A DNA stretch of 64,000 bases from Octopus vulgaris (Eukaryota). Numbering within the stretch: position 1 is the stretch's first letter; every line of letters starts with the position of its first letter. Location: positions 42,036,001-42,100,000 of the forward strand of contig OX597822.1 of the NCBI GenBank assembly GCA_951406725.2, in the 5' to 3' direction. The notes beneath the pieces were generated by a model. The model worked only from the letters and a program-made list of their open reading frames with translations, did not search any database and was not told the DNA's origin. Shown here piece by piece: positions 1 through 14,400 of the stretch. Made by a program: the position numbers and the translations under genes.

Positions 1-345
1 CACACACGTCTGCAGAATGGTAACACTCTGTAGGATGGTAACACATATCTGTAGAATGATATCACACATCTGTAGGATGGTATCACGCACATCTGTAGAA
101 TGGTAACACGCACGTCTGTAGAATGGTAACACACACATCTGTAGGATGGTAACACACGCGTCTGTAGAATGGTATCACACATGCCTGTAGAATGGTAACA
201 TGTCTGTAGACACACGTCTGTAGAATGGTATCACACACGTCTGTAGAATGGTATCACACACGTCTGTAGATTGGTAATATGCACATCTGTTGAAAGATAA
301 CACATGCACACACACACATATCTGTAGAAGGGAACATACATCTCT
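1..345. repeat. Degenerate minisatellite, ~20-27 bp unit CACACGTCTGTAGAATGGTAA (~13 copies), truncated by window start
   Basis: Repeated TCTGTAG(A/G)ATGGTA(A/T)CAC cores back to back, with no unique spacers. Confidence 0.9.
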
Positions 346-2537
346 GGAGAATAAATAGATAAATCCTGCTGTAAACCTCTAAGCATTCTATGTAACCAAG
401 CAACTTCTCTGTTTTATTTATACAAAATATTTTATTTACTCTTCTTCTTTCTATGTTCCTGTTTCAGCTGTCTTTGATACTACCAAACTCTCTCTCTCTC
501 TCTCTCTCTCTTCTTTCACAGAATTATTAATGTTTTTAACTTCAACAAGTTTTGTTTTTCTTAATCTTGCTTCCATTTTCTTTCCTTTTTAAAACTATTG
601 TATTTTTCCTTTCAAAATTAACAAGTAAAACTTTTGAAGTTAATTATTATTATTTTTATTTTGTATTTCTTAAACTGTATCAAATTACAAAAATTTAACC
701 TTCCTTTACCACACCACCAAATATTGCCATTCTATCTCAGCTCCTCCAGACAAGGAAACCCATCACTCAGATTATCAAAAACCAGGGACAATCCTGTCTG
801 TAATTCCTTCCTCAAAACATTACCATTCTTATCCGTTACCACCCAAAACGGGATTAGCATTTTAAAAGCTTGTGTGAAGTTTTGTAAGCTTCCAAACATG
901 AATCTGTTGAAGACGATGAATTGTTTGTTATTTCACTGAAGATCTCTAGATGTTTGAAGTGATAAATTCTAGGATAGAAGTGGGTATTGTGTTGCTCTAA
1001 GACACACCCAAGTATATATGTATACCTGGGTAGCTAGTGGGTGGTAAGGAATGATGTGCTGCATGAGATGTACATAAAATTAATCATCACATATAAAAAC
1101 AAATTAGTCATTAAATAACATTAACAAATTAATTATTGACATTTCTCACTGTGTATGTGTATGAGTTGTGTGTCTTTGCATATGTGTTTGTGTGTGTCTA
1201 TGTGTATGTGCCTTTGTCCATGTATGTGTGTGTGTTTGTATGCATGTGTCTTTCTGTATGCATCTTTGCATGTATATTTATGTGTCTAAGTATCTTTGTA
1301 AGTGTATATATCTATGATTATATCAGTGCATGCGGGTGTGTCTGTATGTTTGTGTATGTGCCTTTGTCTGTATGAATGTGTACATCTACATATGTCTGTA
1401 TCTTTGTGTATGTCCATTTATATGTATGTATGTATGTACATGTGTGCTAAAGTGTAAATTGCATGTCAGAACTTACCATCTGACACACATCTTGTAACAA
1501 CATGAACCAATGAGGGATATGGTCAGCATGACCCAATCTTCAAATCACACCCTACTATGTTAAAAAAAAAAGGAGAGGCACATTGGACACAGTACTTTCT
1601 GACAGATTGAATGGCCATGTCCGGAAGATCTACTTATCATGGATGACCTGGTTATAAATAGCAATTTCTAGCCTCAGTAAAGCTATAATATCTTAGTGAC
1701 CCTCATACAAGGGTCAGTCTATTGCCTGATTTGTTAGTTCTCTAAATGTCCCCTGACAAAATGTCTTGGTCCTGAAGTTCATTTATATTTAAATGTTAAA
1801 AGAATTAACATTGTAATTACAAACATCCCAGTGTTTTATAACAGATGCATCATATCCCTACATATTGTAAGAGACATCTAACAGGATTGGTGATAGGAAG
1901 GGCATCCAGTCATTAAAACACTAAAAAACATCTATCCAGTCCATGACAACATAGAAAAATAAATCCATAATAATAATAATAATAATAATAATGAAATTTA
2001 CAGTTTGTTGTTTAATAGGGTTCTAATTTTAGTCTGCTGCTTAAACACAATACCTAAATAATAATCTGTATAAATACCATGCTGTGTCTAAACATGAGAT
2101 TCTGTTTCTAAACATTAGACCCAAGCCACCTTGAGCAATTGTCTTCTACCATAGCCTGAGTGGAATTTGTTGAATTCTTAATATAGGACTCTTGCTATCT
2201 ACTACATGAAATTGGTTTATTGGTAAATGCTATAAAACCAGTGGTATGATCCAAGCAAATGAGTCTGCAAGCTAGTTGATGTTGTAGTCCCAGTTTAGTT
2301 CTGATCAATCAGACTCATGGTGTACACATAATTAACCAAACAACTAGGTGTAATCCCAGGCTTATTGTTCTAGTTATACCCTGCTATTGTTGAGCTAATA
2401 ACCATATTGCACACTCTGACATGCAGTTTTACTCTATAGGTTGAAGTGTATACACAGACATTCATAGAGTGAAGTGTAACAGAGCCTTTATATTTTTCAG
2501 TCTCTGGTTCAGCCTGCTAGAAATAAGTGTTATTTCC

Positions 2538-2754
2538 TTACCCGTTTAGCATTTAAACTGGCCATATCCGTCCAAAATATTCAACCTGTTTTATGTTCAA
2601 ACTGACTAGATCCAGATTTTCCCACCTATCCTACAATGTTATTCTAATCACAACATTGAAATTTTGAAGCTATGATATAATACATAATTAATTCAAAACA
2701 TTGTAAATAAATAAGCTTTACATTTGACAGAGTAATCGGAATGCTAAAGGGTTA
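2538..2754 (+). mobile_element. piggyBac-type MITE family 1 (other copies at 13303-13487, 29469-29701, 30504-30730, 47437-47602)
   Basis: ~220 bp element with CCCTTTAGCATT...AATGCTAAAGGG-like termini flanked by TTA(A); the internal sequence recurs at least 5 times in the window. Confidence 0.8.
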
Positions 2755-3869
2755 CAATTTTACTCTACTATCTTTAAAAATAGATTACTATACCAGATAA
2801 AATAGTCTTGAATGTATGATGTCAACATATGGCACATTAAAAAATGGTCACATCTGGAGTGACCATGCATCAGTGAAGATCCTCTGGTTGACTGACATCA
2901 GTCCATTATGTATACAGTACTAATGACATTAAGAATGGCATGCTTGTTACACAATCTCATTCCTTTCCTCCGAAAATAATCTGTGTTATCTATCTAAGTA
3001 AAAGAAAGTCTACGTTATACATTGCATGATGTTTTGAAATTTGATGCGAGAGTTGCAAGATAACAGCAAAAAAAATATCTGATGTCCTGCTGTTTGAAGA
3101 ATACCGTTCATTAATTAGCTGTTAGTCATTATGATGAGGTAGATATTACACTGCTAGCAATGATACATGTACAGAGCAACTCTATTCTCATATTTCAAAA
3201 GACTTCAAATATTTCATTTCTGAAAGTAATACCAAGAAAACCATTTCAATTAACTTTTTCCTTAGTTTAAAAGTTTCTCTGAAGAACTTTATGGCAGAAA
3301 CAGCTGCAAAGATACGCATACTTCTGTATAGGCACCACATACTTGGACACACATCTTACAAAAATTTGCATGCACACTCACATACACACATACGTGCATG
3401 CACATACAAACATACACACAACTGCCCTCTTAATAGACCCCTAGGAAAGCAGAGTGGCTCTAATCCATTACTCATCTCATGCTCCTCCTTAAAACCCTGG
3501 AGCCAAGAGACAATACATGATCATTATTTTTGGCCACATTTTTAATATAATACACAGCTTGAATGCTTCAATTAATTTCAAAGATTATAAAGAAATTGAC
3601 TAAAAGATTTACAAAATTGGTTTTTGCTATTATAACACAAAGGTTCTCATATAAAATTATGGCTGAAAGTTTAAATAACATTTTAAAGTAGGTTTTGTTT
3701 CATAGAATCAGAAGCTGTGGTCATTGGTAGATCGATGTAAAGTGTTAAAAGAACACATACATACCATATATGTGTGTGTATGTGTATACATATATGTATA
3801 TATACACACACACACACACATATCTTGTTTATATATTCATATGGATGATGACTACGATATCACTCATAG

Positions 3870-4680
3870 GTGTATACAGGAATGGTTAACCAGTCCTTTT
3901 TTTTTGCCAATGTGCAGGTTAACTTCCTCTTTTATTCAGCCTGTCAGCTCCAATTGTATGGCCCCTTCCATCATCAGACTACACCAGGCTGATCACCCAT
4001 CAGTAACATTGCCCTGACTCTGAATTATTGCTTAAATCTTTCTTTTGGTGTGTCCAGTGTGTCCATGCTGTCTTTAGGCATAGGCACACTAGGCAGTTGT
4101 CCAGGGTCCTCACTGGTCTTGAGGCAATTTCAGGATCCAATGCATTGATTTGCCTGGGGGCCTTTAATACTGCTAAGACAGCCTTGAGTAGGGGAGTTTT
4201 ACTTGAAAAGAACCTAGTAATGGTTGCATTCTCCATTGACTGGAAAATGCCATACAAGATATATTTCAGAAGTTGTTTGTTGCTCATTTTGGCAATGTAA
4301 CCAGATCAGTGCACCCGGACTCTGCATAGGAGAGTATAGATGCTAGATAACATTGTATGATTGAAGATCTCAGTATCTAGGACCTTGTCCTGCCAATTAA
4401 TATACAGCTTTTAACACAGACATTTCAGGTAGAATTTGTTGAATTTCTTGGCATAAATGCTCACACCTCATGAACAAACAACAAAGTTGGCAGGACAACT
4501 CTGTAAACCTTCAACTTGGTTTGGTGCTGAAGTCCTTCTTCACCTTCATGCTTACCATGATAATTCTGCTATTAATTTCATCATTGATGGAAACAATTTT
4601 TGAAAGTGTGCTATGAAGGTATGTGATACTGTCGCACAATCATCAGGTGTACAAACTCCTAACATTTGTCTATATTTATA
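3870..4680 (-). mobile_element. Degenerate RTE-clade LINE ORF2 C-terminal fragment
   Basis: Minus-strand translation with stops gives YLHSTLS..SINDEINSRI, TKLKVYRVVLPTLL, INWQDKVLDTEI and SGYIAKMSNKQLLKYILYG, matching the RTE/BovB ORF2 tail. Confidence 0.75.
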
Positions 4681-6425
4681 AAAAATAATATACATCCAGT
4701 CCTCTGTACTCAGGACCTGCTACTTCATAATTTTAATCTCTCTGGAAAACACTGTGCTTACTGGTGGGCTTCAACACTACAATTCTAGATTTCAACTTAT
4801 ACTGAGAGCTTCAACATTTTATATCCTATAAAGACAAGTTAAAAGCTACCATACTACTTAAAAGCAGTATGGGAAAGAGGAATGGAGTAACTTCAAAGAC
4901 ATTTTCTACCTCAGTAAGAATATTTACTTGACATTTTGGTTGCCTGAAACAATTTAGAGCAGTGTAGCACACTTATGGCAGTGAGCTGTAGAGCAGCCCA
5001 CTCCAGACCAGAGTGTCTCAATGCCTTCCACTGACAGTAGCTGAGATTAATTTTAAACATTGTGTGTTCTGGCTTAACCGCCAACTAGAAGGTCTTATCT
5101 GGTCCACAGATACCTGACCTTGTCCTACCACAGCAACAATGTCGCAACTGTCTGGTCCATGTACACAGCATGTCAGATGGGAAATGGCTTGCTGAGTGGT
5201 GATATATCCTCCAGCAAGAAAACACCAGTATGATATTTATTTCAAAAATATATGCAATAGAACTTGAAGTCTCTTTACATGAACATTGAAGGCAAGAAGA
5301 CATTGTTGATGATTGTCCCCACTGGAAACAGGGACTAGGCAAGGGTTTAAAAAGACACTCACCACCTGCTTCAATTTTTTTTTTTTTTTGGTCTTTTATA
5401 CTGTTTTAAGTTTCGTCTCAATAGCAGTTAACTTTTGGTTGTAAAAAGAGTGGACTGGCAGGGAAAAGGCCGGTGCAGGACTGATGATATTTTTAACTGA
5501 AACTGGTAAAATTCAGGCCAAGAAGTGGATACTTAAAAATATTGCAGCTGAAGTTGGTGTAGCATTTTGTTTCATTCAAATATATAAAAGTATCTCCTCT
5601 TTAGATTCTAATTTCCCCAATGAAAACAATTTTTTATGCAACTTTTGTATCTGCTCCCTATAAAAATTAAATATGATGGATGATGGGAGTGGAGTTCAAA
5701 CATTCATATAATGAAGATGAATTCTGTTTTTCAAAATTTTAAGATTTTCGGCTACTTTCCTCTTATGTTATACCGACTTCGGCTGAGCTGACAGTTAGGT
5801 ATTCAGAAATATGAACTCGTTGAGGTACGAAGAGCAACTAAGATGCACTTCTACTTAGTGGGAATTAAATAGAACATAGTATCTTGTCAGATCTGAAACA
5901 ACAAATTGTCTTATGGTTTTTGTGAGGGCTACTGTTCTTCACTGTAAAAGAAAAATTCATCTTCTCTAGAGCCAAAAATTCAGGATTTATGCTTATGAAA
6001 CTCTGGAAATCCAACATACTTGGATACTTGATACCCTGAAAGCCTACCATCCTTAACACTCATGTCTTCTATAAAAGTTGACCAATAAATCTCTATTTCC
6101 TAAGAGTGCCCTGCATTTATCTTCATTTGACTTTGTATAAACCACTGGTTTTGATCTTAAATAAGCATGCACATGAGACAGGACATTGGAGTAAGGAAAC
6201 TGGTCCTTCAAATCTAACCACATGATCAACATATTGCATAAGTGCATACCTCACTTCGATCTTTTCCCTACTTTTTTTTCTCCACCCAGAATCTACCCAG
6301 AAGGCATATTATTTAAATGCAAATTCCAACCTGCAATATTTTTAAGCTTCCACTTCTTATGTACTTTTTCAGGTTCAGTTAAGAATATTATCACTTCTGC
6401 ACCCGCATTTTTCCTGCTAGTTTCG

Positions 6426-6458
<33 letters not shown>

Positions 6459-8271
6459 TGTGTGTGTGTGTATTCATAGTTCAACCAGCAGAAACACCCT
6501 GCATCTCACTACCCTCTCCCACCTCTGCATCTACCCACCACTTTCAGCTAAATAGTTCAATTGTACTCTGTGCTTACATTCAAACCTCCCACTGCCTCCC
6601 TATTCTGGGTGCCGTGTACAAATATGGGCATTAAAGTCCTAACAGGTTCTGCTCTCTCCTCCCCCTCCCACTCTTATCTGATGGTAGTAATAGTCATCGT
6701 CGTTGTTGTGTGTAGTATAGCAAAAAAAGGGGGGGAATGGAGAGGGGTGGGATGTGAGTAAATAACTTTACCTCTCTCCTCCCCCCTTCCCCATCCTACA
6801 TCACAGTTTTCATTTTACCAAAGTTACATCATCTGGGATTGAACATTCACACCATTTAACACTCTCTCTATTATTATACCTTGCACGTCTCTCTCTCTCC
6901 CCTTCCTCCTTCTCACTCTCTTCCATCTTTCCCTCTTTTTCTCTCACTCACCCCTCTGCTTTCTCTTTCTCTCCCTATCTCTCAGCTAGTGTCTGTCATT
7001 AATTATTAACATCTTTCTCTCCCTCCAAAGATGTAACATTTTTTCTTAGTGTGTATGTGCCTGTGTATATATATGTGTATTTGTGTGTGTGTGTGTATTT
7101 ATGTATGTGTCTTACTATGGATATCTGTATATATACAACTGTACAAATTTGTGTCTTACGTCTCTTGATGTGGTGTATATCTTTGTGTATATATTTCTAT
7201 ATGTATGTGGGGTCACACACACACAATACGCATGTGTGTGTGTAGAAATATTTCTACATTACATAACAAACCACTTGTTTGAACTTATCAGTTTACTTGT
7301 TTGCACCATTCCTGTGGAGCGGGGGCAGTGAATCAACTCCCCCACCCTCTCCTATGATGTCAAGGAGATGAGATTGAAAGGTGAACAGATAAGCAATGTG
7401 TATATATTCATAGGATGTCTTCCTCTACCACTGTTGGACCCAGGGTAGTTGATATCTCTATATACAACAGTTTAACACCAGTTCAATCTTGATCTAGTAA
7501 AACTATGATCATAGACATTCCAACTGTAACCATCTTGCCTTTTTGTATATCTACAATTATGTTAAATGTGTTGTTTTTTTTGTTTTTTTTAAATGGTAAG
7601 ATTTGGCTGCTGTTTCTAGCAGGATGAATGGCCATGTATAGGCTGCTTCATTGGCTTTTGTTTAGTATAGTTGTGGCTATAGTTGCTGTTGCTTAGTTAC
7701 AGGTTAATTCTGATCCATCTGACCTTTACTCAAGGGTATTCCAGCTGTGACCATGTATTCAGACATGTATCCACTGTGAACTTTTTTCTTTTTTAAGTTG
7801 GCAAGATGTGATTTAAGGGAGATTTGGCAGCTATTTCTTGTAGACGTCAAGACTACATAAAGGCTCTGTTCTCTTTAGTTGATTTAATCAAAATCATACA
7901 TCATTTATTTGGGTATAGGCTGGATGATGATGTTGATGATAACAATGATGATGGTGGTGGTGGTTTCAAATATTAGCCCAAGACTGGAAATTTAGAGGAG
8001 AGGCCTTGTCAATTACATCTACCCCCGGTGCTCAACTGGTGATTCTTTTATCAACCCCAAAAGGATGATACTTAACCTCAGCTGTATTTGAATTCAGAAT
8101 GTTAAGACAGGCGAAATGCTACTACCTTAGATGCCTCCATACTTTCACTATTACATCTCAGATATTCCACAACTTCTGTAATTCTGTTTCATCTGCAACT
8201 ATGTTTCTTATTAATAGATGTTTAAATGTGACCAGCTCTGCTAACATGGCCACCTCTGCATAGTTATTTTA

Positions 8272-8475
8272 GCCCTTTCACTGTGAAATTAAATTTCATG
8301 GTTACTCCAGTAATGATGGTAAATATCTACCAAAAAAAAAATTCATTAAAAATAGAATTGTTATTTTGGTATTTTCTGCAAATCATGTTGCCTCAATAAA
8401 CTTTAGCATATCTCAATAGCAAATAGTTTCAAACATGACATTCCGCAACAAAAAAGAGATTGGTATATGAAACTG
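8272..8475 (+). mobile_element. piggyBac-type MITE family 3 fragment (also 13627-13862 and 39721-40132)
   Basis: Shared internal sequence GAAATTAAATTTCATGG...CATGTTGCCTCAATAAAC...CATGACATTCC; the copy at 39721-40132 has TTAA..AGGGTTAA ends. Confidence 0.65.
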
Positions 8476-10214
8476 AGGCAAATGAAAAAATAGAAGATAT
8501 GTGAGTGTATGTCTATCACTAAAACAGCACACTCATACACACGTGTATGTGTGTGTGCGTGTGTATGTAGTCATTTTGCCTTGTGTTAAGCAAGGGCCAT
8601 CTACATTCGCACAGTTGGCCATTGTACTCCTTGAGAGTTTTACTGACTGCATGAACCCAGCCAGCATTAGTTTATTAGCTTGCATACCAACATGATAAGT
8701 CTACTTTGATATTTAATGTCTTGGAGCAAGTACTAATGTGGACATCATCAAATGTTACTCTACCAAATTACCGGCTTTGTGTCTCTTTTATAAAAACAAA
8801 AAACAACCTTATTGTTGAAGATGATGATAATTGATAGAATCAGTATAGCACTCTATCAAAATGTCTCATGACATCTCCTTCAATTTACATTTTGAGTTCA
8901 AATCCTGCTTAGGTCAATTTTGTGAAGTGCCAGTCAAGCACGAGTATTTTTTTTATTGTTGTTTTCTGGGACAGTTGGGGGTTTTAGTTAAGTACCAGAG
9001 AGTTTTTTTTTTTTTTTGCAACAGTTGAAATTTGATGTGTAGGCGCATGTAGATCACCTTGGTTACATCATAGTGTCTCTTATTACATTTTCATGAGAGT
9101 AATATAGGACATCCTGGTTAATATAATGTATTGTTTTTTTCAAATATAGCATAGGCAATACTTGATATGTCTAATGTTGTGTTTGTCCTGGATCACAAAT
9201 ATGTCTTTACTGTACCATTTTGTCTGGATTTAGTCAGCTAAGTCGATCTTTTTTTATTTTACATATGGAGAATTCAGTTCATAGGAGGTGTATAATATTG
9301 ATTTCAAATTTTGGCATGGGATCAGCAATTTCAGGAGGCAAATCGATAACAGTGACCCCAGTGCTTAACTGCTACTTATTTTATGAACCCCAAAAGGATG
9401 AAAGTGAAGTCAAACTTGGTGGAATTTGAACTGAGAATGTAAAGATGGAAGAAATGATGCTCACCATTTTTCTCAGCATGTTAACAATGGATGTGTAACA
9501 TTGAAAACTGCATTATTGAAAGCTTCTCCCTAACACCTAATAATCCCTTATGACTGTCTCTTCTTAAAATATACACTCATTACATGGCATTTCAAAATAT
9601 TTTCCAAATTTTGCGCTTTGTAGTTTTTACAGTTTCTGGAGTCCAGAATCTGTTGCATAATCCAATATTCCTAGTGTTGCAGTAGCCATTATCTTCAGAG
9701 CCACATGCTTTGATTGCTATGCAGATTTGTTAATGACAAATATTTTTGCTATTCAAATAAATGTTTACAATTACTTTGATTCTGCTTTGACATTACATAC
9801 TCATTTACACAATTTAATATCATCACTGCCATCTTAGAAATGATGGAACGTCCGTATTTAGCTACTTTTCTCTACATTCTCCAAAGTTGGATTTACCTTT
9901 TGCTTCCTCAAAGTCAAATTTAGTACCAGTTTGTACTAGGAGTTTGGAAATTCTGTGCGAAGACTATGGAAACCAATGAAATGGATCTCAAAACAAAACT
10001 AAATGGTATTGATAAACTTATAAAATCATTGGAATGTCCAGAGGTTGAGTGGCAACAAATAAATTTTTTTTTTAAACTGACAGTCTATTCTAGAAGACTC
10101 CTAAAGAAACAGGATGACAGGAAATGAATAAATTTGGCAAAGATTGGTGATTGGGGCATCTTGAGTCGATACTTGTAGAGTAATAAGGACAAAGCTTTTA
10201 ACTTTATCATTTAT

Positions 10215-10545
10215 TTTTATTTCACTTGTTTCAGTCATTAGACTACAGCCATGTTGGGGCTCTGCTTTGAATTTTAAGTCAGATGTATCAGCCCCAGTGC
10301 TCTTTGGCCAAACCACTAAGCTATGGCAATGTAAACACACAAAACCAATTGTCAAATGGCAGATGGACACACACACACACACACACGTATACAATGGGCT
10401 TCTTTCAGTTTCTGTCTACCAAATTCACTCACAACGTGTTGGTCAGCCTTGAGGCTATAGTAGCAGATACTTCTTCAAGGTGCCATGCAGTTGGACTGAA
10501 CCCAGAGTCATGTGGTTGGGAAGCAAACCTCCTACCACATAAAAT
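10215..10545 (-). mobile_element. tRNA-derived SINE family A
   Basis: Reverse complement of the 22118-22516 copy (head, CA/TG microsatellite middle, CCAGCATGGC...GACTGAAACAAG tail). Confidence 0.8.
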
Positions 10546-11458
10546 GCTAGGATCAGTTGGATTAATTCTGTGTCCTTTGCTAATTTGTTATCACAGTCTA
10601 ATGTTAGACATGAATTGATAATTAACTAATAGTCATCTTTCTTTAGTCTGTCTAATTGAGAAATTTCATTACTCATAAATAGTTTCATTTTACTCCGTTT
10701 ACTTTGGAAAGACATATTAGGAAAGACAGGAACAGCAGAGACTTTCTTTACCTAATTATTTTTCCCTGTTTACAAGTCTACTTGGAATAAATAATAATCT
10801 CATTGTCATAAAAACTCAAACAGGACGTCTTTAAATTCTAAATTTAGATTTGGATCACTCCCTGACTTACCTTTCTTTCTCAGCAACTCCTATTTTACAT
10901 CTCGTTAAAAATAGCTCCTAAAAACAATATGACTGTATGTGACTGCATTTATCTCTGTGTGTGTGTGTGTGTACCTGTGCACATTATTATGTCTACGTAT
11001 GTGACTACATATATAAAATTTTTATTCTCTACTGTTGTAAACACAAAGTTGCATATATTTACAACAGGCATTATTTTATAAATGTGACCCCCTTCAAACA
11101 AATATCTGAAAGGGTTACTATATTCTCAGGAGGACACATACAGGATCCATGTCAGCAGTAGGTCTGCTGTCTGTCTGTATCAGTGTGTTCTGAAGCAGTG
11201 CACAAGAAATATTTGGCTGCACCACACATTTTAAAAAGTATAATTTAAAGCTTTGGAAAATTCTTATTAATGTTTGATTTGGTTGTCTTGAAAAACTTGT
11301 TATTCATAAATTTATTATCATACGGGTATGATTCATAAAACAAACAGCAGTTTTATTTCTTTTTGTTTCAAAATCGTGTGAAGATTAGCAGTAAATGTTT
11401 ATTTGATCTCTATCATGGCACAAAGTCAATAACATAGAGAACCAGTTTTATTTTTGCC

Positions 11459-11495
<37 letters not shown>

Positions 11496-14400
11496 TTATA
11501 CATCCCATATATAATCATATGTACTCCCATGTATAATTAACAATCTTTTTAAGTAAAACTGAATATCAAATATTATTTAAAATTAGTATATTTATAACCT
11601 ATTTCACAAACTGTTTTTATTTGTGTGTTGTTGTTTGGTCTCAAGTTAACCTTGATCCTGCAAATCTTGGGACTGAAATTTTGTGACCGTTCCATCTTTT
11701 GTATATCAGGATCAGCTCTGTCTCTCTACCCACACATGTTTTTCTGTTTGTGTGTATGTGAGTCTGTGTGCACATGAGAATCTCTGTCTGTGTATGTGAT
11801 CAAAATATAAATGTCTTGTTGAACCAAATCTCCTAACATCTGTATGATATCCGGACTTTGTTATTTGACCCACTTTTTCCTTAAATTCCTGTCCCACTTG
11901 CAAACCACATCCTGGATGTTCGTAGTTGAATTGATTTCTTGTGCTAGCTATTAACACTACCACTACCTCAATGTGTGCAGTGCTGATACTTCACATTACA
12001 TTCATCCTTCAACACTTCAACAACAATTTCAGTCATAATGGTGTGGAATCCCTCAGGTATTTTACACATGTTCTGGGGTAAGTTGGTTCTGCATACACCT
12101 TAGCTTTACTTGTTTTGTTTTTTTGTTTTTCTGTCGTTGTTATTGTGGAGACAGGGTCAGACCAGGTGACCCTTGTTCAAGTTGTATTGACATGGAAACA
12201 TAAAATATTGAACTGGTTTTTATTTGTTAAAAGTAATTCTGTATGTAAGAGAGGTTTATCTTGTTTCCTCAGAAACCACACACACACACACACGAGCACA
12301 CATATTTGGACACATACACATATGAGCACACATGTATCTGTAGACACACACACACACGAGCACACATGTATTTGTACACACACATGCTCATATTAGTGCA
12401 CACACACACTTCTACATATTAGTGTACACACACACGCATTTATACATGCTCACATACACAACTTGTAAACTTTAAGACAAATATTTGTCCACTCTGTTAC
12501 ACACATTCATGGCTATAGAACTGGAAGCAATTATTGGGTGTCAGAGTCAGTACACTTTTTACTGACTCTGACTCAAACTAAGTGTAAGTTAATATAAAGC
12601 ACCAAAAAATGTCCAATTCCACAGATATTAATTTGATTATTTTCTGGGATGAAAATGATCATATCAGAGTTAAGAAAGTTCTATTAGAAACAGTTCTGCT
12701 TCTAAGAACAAGATGTTAGACAATTTTGCTATTGGATTTTGTATTTGACCCTTCTATAATAATAAATGCCAAAATGAAGATATTGATGGTGGTGGCTTCA
12801 GAAGTCTGAATGGAGTGTGTATGGCAATTGTGGTGGCAATGGTGGTAGTACTTGTGATGGTGATGGTTGAAAACAATCAACAGAAAGAGAGAGAGAGAGA
12901 AAGAGGTTAGATAAAAAAAAAATTTGTAGTGAATCCACGAATGGGAAGATAAAAAAATGTTGTTTATCATGCAGCTTTGCAATAAGTTCCAAGTCGACAA
13001 ATTGTATCATTGTTTTGGTGAAAACGGTTCATTGCTTGAAAAGTATTGGTCAAGCTTAATAAAACTTGATATGTACTCAATGCATGAAGGAGCTAGCTTA
13101 AAAGCTGCTCTATCAGGTGACTTTTAACCTTGTATTCTATATACAGTGATTCTACAATTCATTTTCCTAAGGATACATTTTTGAGTATTTTACAACATAA
13201 TTTTTATTTCATTTCATTTCACTTATTCAAAGCGATTCTTTAATCTCAAAAAGGAAGGGTTATGTATCTCATTGAGTTTATTTCTTTTAAAATAGTCATT
13301 TGTTGACCCTTTAGCATTCAAACTACTCTGTCAAATGTAATGCTTATTTATTCTCATTGTTTTGAATTAATCATGCATTATGTTGTATTTACTTTCAGTA
13401 TGACATTGTAGGATAGTTGTAAGAGACTATTTGGCTAGTTTGAACATAACACATAACAGATATCGCTGGTTTAAATGCTAAAGAGATAAGTTACTTTGGG
13501 TGTTCAGATTTTTAGTTTTAACTTTGATGTATTTTAGATTTTTGAACTGGTTGAATAAAAATGCTTGAAAGATTTTCTTTTAAAATATTTTTATAGTTTA
13601 TTTCTTTGAAAATTCTTTTACCTTATCCCTTTAACTGTGAAATCAAATTTCATGGTTATTCTGGTAATGATGTTAAATATCTACCAAAAAATAGAATTGG
13701 TATTTTCTGCAAGTCATGTTGCCTCAATAAACATCACATATTTCAAACAATGGTTTCAAACAGGACATTCTTCAACAAAAGATAGATTGATATATAAACC
13801 TCTTTCCACAGTTAAGAGTAAAGAAATTTAAGGTGGATATCTTTCCATAACAAAATGGTTATAGCCTTTTGATGTAAACAGTCTCTTTTTTCTAAGTTTG
13901 TTACTTTTGTGTTATATTTGTTTGTAACTCCTTTATTATATAACAAAAAAATAATAAACAGCATAGTTATAGCCCAGCAATGCTAAATTTTGACAGGTTA
14001 GAGTGTTAAAAAGTAGCCTGATTATTCACCTTTGGTCATGTATGTTGTTTGCTTTTAATTTGTATAGAATTAGTAAAATTACAAAAGAGAAGTCAGAATT
14101 GGAATCAGAGTTGAAGGTTTTGTTTACTAACTCTACAGCCCTACTTGTGCGCGCACACACACACACACACACTCTTTCTCTATCTTTCTTTCTCTCTCTC
14201 ACATACATGCATCCATCTATCTCTTGCTCTGAGTCATCCCCTTCTATGGCATATAGACCCTAAGTCAACCCCTCAATCCACTAACAAGCGACACTATTTT
14301 TACTTTTACAGGTCACCTATGTATGATCTTTTGATTGCATGCAAAGGCCCATTTAGCAAGGCTCTTGAAAAACAATCAAATGAAAGTAGAAATAAGTGCT

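Noticed and set aside
1-345. CRISPR-like array
   Set aside because: No unique spacers, units are degenerate, no cas genes, eukaryotic context
1136-1375. Numerous ORFs rich in C/V/Y/I/H/T (e.g. 1136, 7051, 12177, 22555, 23244, 34102, 60785)
   Set aside because: Translations of (TG)n, (TA)n and (CA)n microsatellites
9490-10060. Possible DNA-transposon relic on the minus strand (NYKAQN- and MSV-like fragments)
   Set aside because: Too decayed to assign a family by eye
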